Source of the DNA: Zancudomyces culisetae HAW-14-8
Taxonomy: Eukaryota; Fungi; Kickxellomycota
Length of the DNA: 64,000 nucleotides
Assembly (NCBI GenBank): GCA_052426225.1
Contig: JBNJNM010000006.1
Span: forward strand, 2,046,001 to 2,110,000
Direction: 5' to 3'
Of this stretch, positions 38,074 to 50,712 are shown piece after piece. The notes under the pieces are model-generated. The model did no database searches. It worked only from the letters and a program-made list of their open reading frames with translations, and was not told where the DNA came from. Made by a program: the position numbers and the translations under genes. Position 1 is the first letter of the stretch. Each line of letters begins with the position of its first letter.

Positions 38074-41000
38074 ATGGGCAGCTCAAAGAATCATCCTTAT
38101 GTCTTACAACAAGCATCAATCGATATTGACAACGAAAAAACGAATGGTGGTAGTAAAGTGAGAACCTCTGGAACAAAAAGACTGAGAATAAATCTGAAGC
38201 AAGATGAGGAAGATATTTGCATTTCACCAGGAGCGAAAGATCCAGCACGTAAAGATCGTATGACAGGCGAAAGAAAGACTATTAAAATAACTAAACTTTG
38301 GAAGAAGATTCATGAGCGAAATCTGACTAAAAAACACACAAATACCAATAACGCCACGGAAGAGTCATATAATATAAATAATATAGTACAAGAGGAGGAT
38401 ATCAATAGTGTACCAGTGATGCGGAATAATGACAGCTCAGAAGGGGATGATGTCGACATTCGACAAAAGCCTTTTGAGCAAATCAAGCGAACCGTTAGGG
38501 AGCTAGGTGGTTTTCCGGTTATCAGTAAAGTATCTCATACTAAAATGCGACACGCGATTAATAGATTGAATAACGACATAGAAAGTGATGAGCTTAATTA
38601 TAGCGATAATTTTTGTAGCTTGGAAAATTCGCAAGATTATAAGAAAGATACTATAGACAGAGCGGGTGAAAAGTGTACATTAAGAATGCCAGAAATCATT
38701 GTGTCTACTGATGAACTGGATGGTGTTGATACATGCGAAAATGAGATAAGTGGTAGTAGTGTGCATAGTGAAATGGAAAACTGCGCCGATAATGCGATGT
38801 TTAGTCTAGATTCTTTGATGGAGAGTGTTCGAGATCGGAATAGTAAATATGTTGATCCACAAGAGTCTTCCGGTATCAAGAACAAAAATAGAATGATGGA
38901 GTTTGAAAATCAGATTTATAAAAGCGATGGTTCTATAAAAAGGCATAAAAGTTTCTGTCTAGATGGTAATGGGAAAATCGAAAATATTCAGAAGCACCAG
39001 CAAGTGGAAGGGTGTAGCACAGAAGAAAAGTATTCTAATAAATGTATTAAACCAAGTTTCGGAGCAACACATGATGATAATTCGGCTATTAATCCTGAAC
39101 CTAGAAAACTAAGCCAACGTCTCATTAACAAGCAAAGTGTAAAAATACGCACAGAAGTATCATCAAAGGGGCCAATTAATACTAAGATCGATAAAAAAAT
39201 GGAAAAAAACCATAAGAAGAGCGAAAGCACAGTAAACAAATCAGCAAACGAATTGTTTGTGGAAAAAGTAATACAAACGCTAAGGCCAGGTGCTAATGGT
39301 GGAAAGAGTGATGGGTCTGATTTACTTCCTACATTTGCGCCACTACGCGGAGCTAAACTGCATGAAAGAAAGCAGCTTTTACCGAAAACTCGGGAAATAT
39401 GGGGATTGGAGTATCGAATAAAAAGGTGTTGGGTGGATGTTTGGGAAATGGGAAGGCTTTATCCGTTTTATTCGCAGAGACAACTATCTTTAAAAGTTTC
39501 GGAAAGACAGGATGTTAAACTAAATACCAAAGTAATTGGAATGATGATGCAGGAATCACAGAATAAGGGTGAGAAAGCGATGGCGCAAATACTGCATGAA
39601 GCGCGATTTGAGTTTGCGAACAAGTTACACGAGGTTTTGGTGCAGAAAAAGAGTATATATTCAAAAATAACACCAGAACAGCTTATTAAATGGGTTAGTG
39701 ATATATTCAATGTAAAAATCGAGAGGCGAGATCTCTCAAAGTACCTCCAAAAACCTTCATACTCGCTTAGACTTGAAAAGGCACCACAAAAAGTGGGAGT
39801 TACTATAGAGGAGGCAGAACATACATTTGTTGATGATGCTTTGTATGAGTGGTATTTGCTGAACCTGGGGCAATATCGATGGAGTAATGAGCAGTTTAAA
39901 CTTAAGGCATCAAGTTTAGTTAAAGCTGGATTTCCTACAAAGGGAGTGCAATATAAAGTGACAGATGACTGGGTTCGCGTGTTTAAGGATGAGTATAACA
40001 TTAAAAGCACAAATATATGTGCTCCGGGTGTGTTTATAGAGACTAAAAAATCGACTTCAACACAGGTTTTCGACGCGTTAAATCGATATGAACCAAAAAA
40101 TATATACTGTGTTGACGAAGCCGGATTTCATTTTCGTATCACGCCCGAAACGGTAAGCAGCAAAAAGTATGACAAAAGGAGCGCTGGTCGATTCGGATTG
40201 ATTTTATGTACCAATGGTGATGGATCGGATAAAGTTCCGATATGGGTTGCCGGACCCCATGCAAACATGTCCAACTTGGACAATCTTTCTGAGCTAAATA
40301 TACACTATTCACCAAATTCACTTTCCAAAGTCCGTGCCGCGCTATTTCTTGAGTGGCTCAGATGGTTTGACAAAAGGTTTGCTGGGAGAAAGGTCCTACT
40401 TTTACTCAGAAATCATCCTGTTCATATTAAGCACCTGAATTTATCCCTAAAACACGTTGAGCTTTTATATATTCCTGGTGGCTCACCTACTCAGCCCCCT
40501 ATGGCTTTACCTCTTGACTTGGGAATTTTACGAACACTCCGCGTTTTGTACCGAATTTTGCAGTTCAAGCACCTTGAAATGACTTTTAACTCATTTGACC
40601 ATATTTCTTCTGATTTTACCGTTGCTTTGGCGCTGAAATTTCTTTCCGAAGCATGGAATTCTTTATTTCCTACCGCATTAATTTCTTGTTGCTTTCGTGA
40701 TATGTATATCTCTGTAGGGTCTTCATACCCTGCTCAAATCAACACAAATTACGTACATAGTCTCGAAATATCTTTATTCAAACAACTAAATTATCAGATT
40801 CGTGGCGTTATGGGCTTTGATAAACCATTCTCTTTCTGGAACCTTTTGTCTCCACCTAGAGATCTTGAGTCCATTTCTTCCTGCGATGATTCTGTTCTTA
40901 TAAATATGGCCGAAGATGATTCGTTGGCGATTGAGGAGGAGCTTTCTCGTATTACCTCTTTGGCCGGATCGGGCCCCTTCATTCCCTTTTTCAATAACCC

Positions 41001-41526
41001 TAATATCTGTATTGTAAACAAACACCCCAAATTTGAAGAAAGCGATTATTTTATCTCCTCATTCGAAACTCCAACTGTTGAAAATCCAACCGGAAATAAG
41101 AGTATTGTCCCGAGTTTAACTTCTATGTTGAATGTGACTACTTTCCCCTCAGTTTTCCATGTCGATTCGGCAAGTAATGAAGACACAGAACCATGCATTA
41201 GAAGTACATCATCACCCTTGGGTGTTTCGAACACAACAAATAACTCCTCTCCTACATCTCTTAACAAAATTTCTCGTCATGAGCATAAAAATGAATCTGA
41301 GTATCAAAATAGCAACGAGGATGAAGCACATCCTGGTGGTTCTAGGTTGCTGCCAGCCAACTCGAGTTTTGCTACATTTACAAATCATCCAAATAGTCAG
41401 GCTGCCTTACACTCAAACATTTCCACACCCGACTCCGCATCAACGCTTGTTGATCCTGTATCAGAAAAAAACTCCAGCGATTCTTTTTCAGGTGTATTTT
41501 ATTCTTCTTCCGTGTTTAGTTTATGA
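38074..41526 (+). CDS. CENP-B/pogo(Tigger)-derived protein with HTH and degenerate DDE_1 domains, probably a domesticated transposase
   Basis: CENP-B HTH-like VDDALYEWY...W V..FK; DDE_1 motifs IYCVDEAG, LCTNGDGSDK, FLEWLRWFD..RKVLLL and PLDLGI. First ATG is at 38074 (the ORF track starts at GTG 37999). Confidence 0.82.
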   Translation: MGSSKNHPYVLQQASIDIDNEKTNGGSKVRTSGTKRLRINLKQDEEDICISPGAKDPARKDRMTGERKTIKITKLWKKIHERNLTKKHTNTNNATEESYNINNIVQEEDINSVPVMRNNDSSEGDDVDIRQKPFEQIKRTVRELGGFPVISKVSHTKMRHAINRLNNDIESDELNYSDNFCSLENSQDYKKDTIDRAGEKCTLRMPEIIVSTDELDGVDTCENEISGSSVHSEMENCADNAMFSLDSLMESVRDRNSKYVDPQESSGIKNKNRMMEFENQIYKSDGSIKRHKSFCLDGNGKIENIQKHQQVEGCSTEEKYSNKCIKPSFGATHDDNSAINPEPRKLSQRLINKQSVKIRTEVSSKGPINTKIDKKMEKNHKKSESTVNKSANELFVEKVIQTLRPGANGGKSDGSDLLPTFAPLRGAKLHERKQLLPKTREIWGLEYRIKRCWVDVWEMGRLYPFYSQRQLSLKVSERQDVKLNTKVIGMMMQESQNKGEKAMAQILHEARFEFANKLHEVLVQKKSIYSKITPEQLIKWVSDIFNVKIERRDLSKYLQKPSYSLRLEKAPQKVGVTIEEAEHTFVDDALYEWYLLNLGQYRWSNEQFKLKASSLVKAGFPTKGVQYKVTDDWVRVFKDEYNIKSTNICAPGVFIETKKSTSTQVFDALNRYEPKNIYCVDEAGFHFRITPETVSSKKYDKRSAGRFGLILCTNGDGSDKVPIWVAGPHANMSNLDNLSELNIHYSPNSLSKVRAALFLEWLRWFDKRFAGRKVLLLLRNHPVHIKHLNLSLKHVELLYIPGGSPTQPPMALPLDLGILRTLRVLYRILQFKHLEMTFNSFDHISSDFTVALALKFLSEAWNSLFPTALISCCFRDMYISVGSSYPAQINTNYVHSLEISLFKQLNYQIRGVMGFDKPFSFWNLLSPPRDLESISSCDDSVLINMAEDDSLAIEEELSRITSLAGSGPFIPFFNNPNICIVNKHPKFEESDYFISSFETPTVENPTGNKSIVPSLTSMLNVTTFPSVFHVDSASNEDTEPCIRSTSSPLGVSNTTNNSSPTSLNKISRHEHKNESEYQNSNEDEAHPGGSRLLPANSSFATFTNHPNSQAALHSNISTPDSASTLVDPVSEKNSSDSFSGVFYSSSVFSL

Positions 41527-43561
41527 GTGGATGCTTAAACTTTTGAACTTGGAATACTATCTTATGATTCATCTATATCATTTTGACACTTTTTTTTTTC
41601 AACACAACTAGTGTTTTTTTTAAAGCTTTTAGAGTCAGTAATATACAAAATCTAATTATGATCACTTTTCGAACAACCTTTATTTGTTTCGACCCGGTTT
41701 GGGTAGGTATAGTTTCGGATATGTTTTTATTAGTGATACTATGCTATGTGGTGTTTTGAGGGTATTCATAGTGTATTTTAAATGCTGGATATTTGTATTT
41801 AAAGTACAATAAAATTATAATTACCAGCTGACTGTGGGCTACTGATTAAGCTTTCAAAACTCCAATCGATTCGCTACTCCTCCCCCTCTAAGTTTTATAC
41901 CGATACAACACATCTTATAGAACACCTTTTATCGCCATTGAAATATAAAAGTAGACTTTTAAAACTTGGTTACTTTTTAGCTAATAAGCCTATACTGTAT
42001 AACTAGTTCACTATACAGATCTTTTATCATACTATATCGTTTTCATGCGTCTAGAGTTGGATACCCTAATGTATGAACTAATTGTCTTTTTATGCTCTTT
42101 CTCATCCAAAAAATCATGTTATTCAAATATAGTTCTACAGAATTTTTATGTATTTAACACTCTGATTTATTATCCAATATACTTTAGTTTATTATCTTGA
42201 CAAGATTTAGTACTCTTTTTATTGCTACTTAATTTGCTCCATTAAACTTTCTTTGCGCAAATAACGTAACAACAAAGATAGGTGATATTTGCGATATAAT
42301 CATACATATTTTTATATATCCCACATTATCTCATCTCTTGTTACATTAGAAAACAGAATACGAGTGAGCGATTACCACCAAATTGTTTAAATCAGATGAT
42401 ACCAAACTTTTTTAAGCCCACGTGGTTTTTTTTTCTTGCCATTTATTTGATATCAATTATCGTAAAATAAATACACAAATGTGGTCACATGGAATAGTGA
42501 AGTGAAAACACAAACTATTTCATAAAATTGAGTGCTGTTGAGAACAAAGTTGTGTTTGGATAAAAATGATTATGACGCCCATTATTTGTGTGTTTGTATG
42601 ATGCCTGCCAACTACCCTTTGCGTTTATACGTGAATGTTTACTTTGTGCCTTATTATTAGCTGAGTTTGACGTTATTTTCACTAGAATACTTGACCCTGT
42701 TTTGCTAATATTTGCACTCAGGAACAATACGTGACTTTCGAGCTTTCCACTCTCGTTACTTTAATGTTTTGTAGGATCTCTATTCATCGTATTTCCAAAC
42801 GAAAATCACTTGTTTTGGACCAACTTTTGGTGTGTTTTTTTAAGCGGAAATTAGAAATGTCTTTACCACTATTTCCAGCTAAGCTGCTTAAGAGCACAAT
42901 TAATTTATATCATTCGCTTTCTATTGGTGAAAATAAACGAAAACAGCATACCTTTCGTCTATTTTTCAGTTATTCTCTCATAAAATTGGAGGCATTTTAA
43001 ATTCAGCTATTTTCTTTGCTAGAAGCTCAATAACAATCCTATTGTTGACAGCTGAAATAGTTTTTAAAAGCATATAATTGGTATATCACAGATTGCTTAT
43101 AGAATTCCGTAACCCAGCATAAATTACGCTATAATTTCTACACCTGTGGCCAATCTTATTGTTAATAAGAATAAAAACTGATTGTTAATCCCGCAACTTA
43201 ACTATGTGTTAAAAAAGTTTCAAATGCGAGTTTTCGGTTTCACACACATCTTAGTTTTATGACATACTCAATAAGTTAGCGGCTAATTGATCAAGCTAAC
43301 AACAAAATCATCCGGGAAAAATAGTAGTAGTATCACAAAATTCCTTCCTCTACCCCCCAAGCATCTGAAAGAGCAGTATAGGAGTAGCAGAGCGAAAAGT
43401 TCCGTTGCTGGATATGACAATTTTAATAAATATACACTTTTTTTTTTGAAGAAAGGTTCATAAAATAGCTAATAGTTTAGTATATACTTTAATTCATATC
43501 CTTGATAATAATAACAGCCAAAAAGCACCAATCAAAGTACAAATACAGCTGAACACTTCAA

Positions 43562-45496
43562 ATGGGAGCGACGCAGCAGGAAAAGTGTTGTGTATCGGTT
43601 AATGAAAAAACAAATGCCAGCGAGAATGGGTATAAAGACGTACTTCTCTATAATGGCGTCATGAATTTAGTGTCTTTTGGAAGAGTGTCCTCTTACATAG
43701 AAAGGGTAACCAACTACTATGGAGGCTACTGGTCGAATTCGGCTTCGCCTGACCCAAGTTTGAGAACTCAGGAGAAAACTGATGTGAGTTTTTTTGTGGA
43801 AGAGCGTGAGCATAAGAAAAGGTATAATATTTCTGGTGACTCTGACACTCTCAAAAGACGAAAACATGACTTGCACACCAGACGGAAATCATATACCAAT
43901 TTTAGCAAAGTCTTGTCGGAAAAGAGCATATGCAGCCGTCATGGCATAAAGGTAGAAAGGGAAAAAACCTCGTTTTCCTTCCTAAAGCGCACTAGCACCA
44001 ACACCCGAACAGTTCATGTTAGTCAGGTTCCAAAATGGCAGGCAGAGAAGTATATCTCCCACGGGTACAGAAAACACTCGAATTCATATCGAACATGTAT
44101 TTCCTCATTATCATATCTACACAATGAGACTATAAATATACTATCACACCTTGCTGGAGGTATAATCTGTATCACAAAGACAGTGCAGTTTTTTTTAAAC
44201 GAAAAATCTTTTAGTTTTGCTGATATTGGATCCAGCATCAGCGTAGAGCGAATTAAGAGATACGAAGACTATACTGTAATCTTGTTTATGAGCTGTGCGC
44301 TGTTGTGTATGTTTTTTTCCGTGTCATATCACTTGTTTAACTGTCATTCTGAGAGGGTAAGAGTTATAGTTAAGTACTGGATTCGAATGTTTTGTTCTTA
44401 TGGAATATATTCTATTATTGGTTTAGCACGCAAAGTTCTGGTTAAAGTGTGATTATGTTGGAATCCTAACCCTGATATTGTAAGTAGATAGTTGTGTAAC
44501 ATATTCAGTAGGATATAAGCGATTTAATCAACTTAGTTATTTGTTTTTCCGTTTTTTAGGGCGACCTTTTGTACCTCTTTATATTATGGTAAGCACTTCA
44601 ATTTTATTTATCATTCAATACTCTTTGGCCAACTCACCTTCTAACACTTCACGCAATATAACGATATTTAAATGTATCAACGAGGAAATTAACTATGTTT
44701 GATAGGATTCTATTTCCAACTGAAATATCTCTATATATATGTACTATCTACACTTTTTTTTGTACTCTTTACGGTAAGTCTTTAATATTCAAAGTTATTA
44801 TTTTTTCTACCTCTTGTGCTTATTAGTAAACAGAGTAAAGTTAAAACATAAATCAAGTAAATGTGTTTTATGCATATATAGCTATCTCTGTCGCATTTCC
44901 CCTTTTTTTCCAAAGATAAATATAGATGGTTTAGAACACTGATATTTACATGTCTCTGTCTATATGGCATTTTCCCTATTACACATTACTGCTACTTGTA
45001 TGGAGTAAGTTAGTATTTCTATTGTACTAATTTTTTTGCCTAATTAAACATAATAATTAAAAGTCAGATAAACAAAAATTAAAATGATTCAATTGTAAAT
45101 ATAATAGCTTGGATTTTGTTTTGAACAATATCTAATGCAAAGTTTGATAAAGATGTTGTTGACTTATGGGCTTGCTGCTTTGATATATAACTATCGACTT
45201 CCAGAACGACGATGGCCGGGAAAGTTCAACTATTTTGTAAGATGTTTGACATGTTTTTTATAATCATATTACCATATTATCAAGAGTTTCTAGCCATTAA
45301 TTAAAATGTGACCTAAAAATAATAAATAAAGGTCTAACACTGGAAAAACTTGTACTATTAGATGGCTTCACACCAAATATTTCATGTTTTGGTTGTTTGC
45401 GCGATATTGATATACTTTGATGGTTTGGTTCAAACATACGAAGAGAACCGGTTGTTTTTCGAACCAAATATATTGAATTCCTTTTTCGGTAACTAG
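43562..45496 (+). CDS. PAQR/adiponectin-receptor family (IZH-like, hemolysin III) membrane protein; exons 43562-44356, 44427-44479, 44560-44588, 44706-44773, 44882-45004, 45108-45236, 45362-45496
   Basis: YISHGYR, HNETINILSH, SVSYHLFNCHS, CDYVGI, PERRWPGKFN and SHQIFH motifs after splicing six GTAAG introns. Confidence 0.92.
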
Positions 45497-46501
45497 GACT
45501 TTTGAATAATTAATGATAAATAATTGTATACATTTGCACTAATAAAGAGGCACTACAATGCTAAAAAATATAAACACACGAGTTTTAAGGTCTGACTATC
45601 TAATTATTACATATTTTATGAAATAATGTCAGCTAACTTCCTAGGAGATCGTGTGATGTTTCTAAATTTAATATGGTTGTAGTTTTTTTTGCCTAATGTT
45701 ATTGAAAAATATTTTAAATCTAACAAGGAATTTCAACAACTCGATGTGAGATGATTTCGCTCTACATTTGCTATCTAAGTATATACTGAAGTAAGCTATC
45801 TACCCGAATACATAGATTAGCTATAAAATTCACTTTTTTATTTAGATCAAATGGTATGCAGATAGAAAATTATTGAATGACCAAGGTTAAAAAGCCGTTT
45901 TTTCGAATAATGTACTATACAGTTGTCCACGTTGAAACTTATGGTACACCTGAGCATGTAACTTTCTCAGTGTTTGGATAATCTAATTTTTATAATTTTT
46001 GAGGCTTGAAATTAAATTGGAGGAATAGACTCATTTATAATGGTAAATATAAAAAAATTTTAACAGTTATACTTGTGTTTCAGAATAACCAACTGATTCT
46101 GTCTTGTAGCATTACAAATCATTTTAGTATAAAATGGTTGATAAAACACAATTAGCTAGCTTATTCAAAATTTTTAGGGTCATAACATTCTTTCCCCCTT
46201 TCCGAAATATTAAAGTATGTATTCAATTAACAGAAAACTCGCAAAGCCACTAACATCACTGGGCGGATTGCTGAAAACGAATCGAAAAGAATTTGTATTT
46301 CACAAAAGGGTTGGTCTGCATGTAAGTGCTTAATAATCTACATTGATTTTTATTTTCTGAAATAAGCGAAATTTAATGTGCAATAATTATTGCAATTCTT
46401 GACCATTTCAAAAATAAATAAATACAACAAAAAAAATCAAAGAGGAAGTCAAAATTCCCAGGAAATTTAAATAGCAAACAACCATTTTGAATTAGGCTAA
46501 C

Positions 46502-48545
46502 ATGTCGACAACTTCTGATAAATGCAGTACCAACCAGGCAGTAGACACGACAACCCGGCTCAAGGAGCTTCGAGAGTTGATGAAGCTTCCAGAGTTTAAC
46601 ATTGATGCTTATATTGTCCCTTCTGAAGATGCCCACCAGGTAATTTTGACATTTAGTTTATTTTTGATAGCCGTAGCCACATTAAACCATTATATATATA
46701 TATTCAACTTTTAATACTTTTTCAAGTATAGCCAGCCTCCCCCACTTTAAACTTGCAATTTTTGACAATTAAACTTATAATCTAAAAAATAAAATAAAAC
46801 TAACCAACTATGCTTTATGAAAATAGAGCGAGTATGTGGCAGATTCGGATATGAGGAGGGGATTCATATCAGGATTCACAGGTTCCGCAGGAACAGCAGT
46901 TATAACAAAGGACAGTGCAAGCATGTTTACTGATGGAAGGTACTTTTTGATGGCTCGCAAGCAGATGGATTCTAACTGGACCTTAATGAAAGTTGGTGTG
47001 ACAGGTGTTCCAACCTTGGAGAAATATTTGGAAGATCTACCAGAAGGGAACAGAATTGGAGTTGATCCAACATTACTTTCAGCTTCGAGAGCAGAGGCAC
47101 TTTGTAAAAGCCTCAAGGACAAAAAAAAGGAACTTGTTCCAATTAGTGAAAATCTAGTTGACAAAGTGTGGAGAGATAAACCAGGAAAACCAGACGCATC
47201 TGTGTTTGAATTGGGTATTGAGTTTACGGGCCTTGGGGTTAGTGCTAAGCTAGAAAAAGTGAGAAAAGAAATGGATGTGCTTCAGGGATCAAGCCTAGTT
47301 ATTGCTGCTCTTGATCAAATAGCCTGGTTGTTCAATCTGCGTGGCAGTGATATTTCTTATAACCCACTGTTTTTTTCCTATTCAATTGTCACACAAGAAG
47401 AGGCTTACATTTTTATGGATGAGCGTAAACTGACTGAAAATGCAAAAAAAAGCCTAAGCGGAGTGAATATTCTACCGTATGATGCGATTTTTGAACATTT
47501 GAAAAAGTTACCACCAGTTGCTCAATCTACAAACAAAAAAATTCTTGTTGATGCTGGGGTAAGTTGGGCACTAGTAGATGTCGTTGGCACAGAAAATACT
47601 AAACAGTGCACTTCACCAATAACCAACTTGAAAGCCATTAAGAACGAAACCGAGATCAAAGGAATGAGACAATCACACATTAAGGATGGTGTAGCAATGG
47701 CAAAATGGTATGTTTGGCTTGAAAACGAATTAATGTTTAACGGAGGCCACTTGAGGTTAAGTGAATGTGATGTCGCAGATAAATTGGAACAATTTAGACG
47801 TGAGCAGGAGCACTGTGTTGGTCTTAGTTTCGACACAATATCTTCAGTTGGGCCCAATGCAGCTGTGATTCACTATAGTCCACAACGAGGAGAAGACCTC
47901 AAGCTTGATGTAAACCAAATATACTTGGTTGATTCGGGCGGCCAGTACCTCGACGGCACCACTGATGTTACCCGAACCTGGCACTTCGGTTCTCCTTCAG
48001 CTTGGGAGCGTGAATGCTTTACCCGTGTTTTGAAAGGTCATATAGCCTTGGACTCTGTTGTATTCCCTGCTGGAGTTTCAGGATTCGCTCTCGACCCTCT
48101 CGCACGAACTGCTCTATGGGAAGCTGGTCTTGATTATCGTCATGGCACTGGTCACGGAGTTGGTTCCTTTTTAAATGTGCACGAAGGCCCGCATGGAATT
48201 GCTATGAGACCAGCCCAAGTCAATGTAGGATTTAAGGCTGGAATGATAATTACTAACGAGCCCGGTTACTACGAGGATGGTAAATTCGGTATTAGAATTG
48301 AAAACACATGTCTTGTCGTCAAAAAGGACACTCCAAACCGATTTGGTGACGTGGACTACCTGACTCTTGAATCGCTTACTCTATGCCCAATCCAAAGAAA
48401 TCTAATCATGGCCTCTATCTTGACTCAGTCTGAAATCGAATGGATTAACTCTTACCACAAGAGGGTATTCGATACTCTTTCACCGCTTTTGGAAGATGAC
48501 AAACCAGCTCTTGAATGGCTCAAGAAAAACACTGATCCTATTTAG
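46502..48545 (+). CDS. Xaa-Pro aminopeptidase P (M24B); exons 46502-46639 and 46827-48545
   Basis: AYIVPSEDAHQ|SEY, SGFTGSAG, TDGRY, DSGGQYLDGTTDVTRT, HGTGHGVG, NEPGYY and GIRIE. Confidence 0.96.
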
Positions 48546-48899
48546 TTTTAATTTTGTATTGTCTTCCTCTTACTTTTATTAATTACAATATAAATCTAAC
48601 TTGAAATAAACATCAAACAATATAAATTACAATCAACGTGTAAATAGAAACTAATAATAAAATTTAATCTTGAAATACAAACGATAACTAAACTTGGTTA
48701 TGACAAAAATTAATTGTATTTAGACTAAATCTATTAAACTATTTGTTATAACTTTATTTTTTAAATAAAATATTTAGTGTTTATTCAATCAGTAGGTTAA
48801 CAGAATGTAAAACAGTTGTTCTAGAAAATATTACTTTTGTGTTAATAATCTAAAGTGCTATTTATATTCTCGTGCGTTTTCCTTTGTTCACGTGGCGTC

Positions 48900-50300
48900 G
48901 ACATGGTTGATGTATGTTGAGTTCATTATAAATAGGTAAAAAGTTGTTTATTTTGTTTTCTTATTAGTAAATTTTGAGGAGATAGGGTGTCAATTATGAA
49001 CATGTAGGTTAACATGTATTTCTTCCAGGTTCGAAATCGAACCATGTAATCTCCTCTGTCATGAAATTTTTTTCAGAATAATTGAAGTTGATGTATTTAG
49101 TCCATCGTTTGAAGAGTTGGTAGTTCGATAAAATTATTCTTGATAAAGCAGTTTAGTGCGTACCCTAAAGATATTCCAAATAGATGATGCCATATAAATT
49201 TTGGAGTTTTTTATGTGGTGTTTGATTTTTGATGAAGTTAGAATTTCATACAATTAAATCTAATTAATTTCCAAGCTTTGATTATTTTGTGTTTTTATTT
49301 TGTAAGATTCAAGGAAAAAAATCGATCTTACCACAATCATAGATATGTTCGATATTCTAAATTGTAATCTTTTTACAATTTTTGCAAGTGAGCCCTCTGT
49401 TCGATTGTCAAACAATTTTTATGCCACTAAGACAGTGGTTATTGCGCCTTAAAGAATTAAATATAGGTGACATTTTAGTCTTCCACATTTAATTTGGATA
49501 GTAGCTTCCGTCAAACTTGGTTCTGTTCTGGTAACACGCAAAGGTTATACTTCAAGTTTGAGTTTTGTTTAGTTTTGTTTACTTATATTGTTTCAATTAT
49601 GAAGCTCTAAAATCAATGAACATCAAATATATTGTTTCATACTTTAATTAATATTCCTTTTTAAATAAAATCATAGTGATCATCGATTTTTTAATGGTGT
49701 TTTTGTTTTATTCTATTCGTGTTCTTTTCCTTGGTCTGTCAGAAAAACAGAGGGTATTTTACCATTAGTAAAAACTGAGACCAGTTTCATATAAACTAAA
49801 TAGCTTAAATTGTAAAACTTCTGAAAACAGGCCTGACGCCCGTTTCACAGCTTCCAGCTGAAATTAGCAAAGTTTATCGATCACTAAATTTTAGCAATTT
49901 GCAGTTATGAACGATTGTTTGTGAATTCCAAGTTTGTTATAATAAAACTTTTTTGATGTATTGTTCTATTAAAAATTCGGTTAGTGGACATTTTACAAAG
50001 CGGACTTGTTCGTCATGTGGTAGTTAGTCATACTCTACTTTTTCATTGTTACTAATCCAGTAAATTATTTTTTTATCGTTTATTGCAATTACTGTATTGT
50101 TACCCAGTATTTTTGAGATGACAATAATTCCATTATACAATATATGTTATGTTAGTGTTTGTAAGTAGTCCTTAAATTAGAAATCCCTAGAATTTTAAAG
50201 GTTCAAATTGGGTGATTAGCAAGTTTGATTCCCAGTGATTTTTTCGTATAAGATACAAAGATATTCACAATATCATCTTTCATCAATTCAGTAACATTAC
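48900..50300 (-). mobile_element. Decayed non-LTR (L1/Tx1-like) retrotransposon ORF2 3' remnant; boundaries approximate
   Basis: Minus-strand translation through stops gives FKILGI (50199-50182, like RT motif KYLG), a zf-RVT-like CKNC-x8-H-x3-C (49386-49333) and IWNIFRVR (49181-49158), in the order expected for LINE ORF2. Confidence 0.5.
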
Positions 50301-50680
50301 TATTACAGTCAAGATCTTGGTTACAAGAGTAAAGGATAAAAAGGTAAAATTTATTTTTACTTTAAAGATATTTATTCATACTATAGAAAGTATACAAGAT
50401 ACAAGGAGTCATATCCAAGACAGTAAAAACGCGACCTTTTTACACTTTTTCCGTTGCTTGATTTTAGGTCATTAAAAAAAGAATAACTACGGAATAAACT
50501 AAAAAGAAAGATATAGTAAAAACTGTTTGAGTACTAATCAAAATACAAATTTGTCGATAATTAAAAAAGTTAACAAAAAAAGTTATAACATAATAACTTT
50601 AAAAGTCGATTCAAAATTTCTGAAATGTCCTAGAATGTTTCCTAAGATCCAAGAAAATAGCTGCGGATAGTAACTGATTA

Positions 50681-50712
50681 TTCCGGAATATTCTAATAAT
50701 TCTAGAAAGTTC
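50681..50712. promoter_or_regulatory. Two adjacent perfect heat-shock-element-like motifs (TTCnnGAAnnTTC)
   Basis: TTCcgGAAtaTTC at 50681-50693 and TTCtaGAAagTTC at 50700-50712. Function untested. Confidence 0.4.

Noticed and set aside
37999-41526. Active pogo/Tc1 DNA transposon
   Set aside because: No TIRs or TA TSD seen, second catalytic Asp replaced and long non-transposase extensions; treated as domesticated instead.
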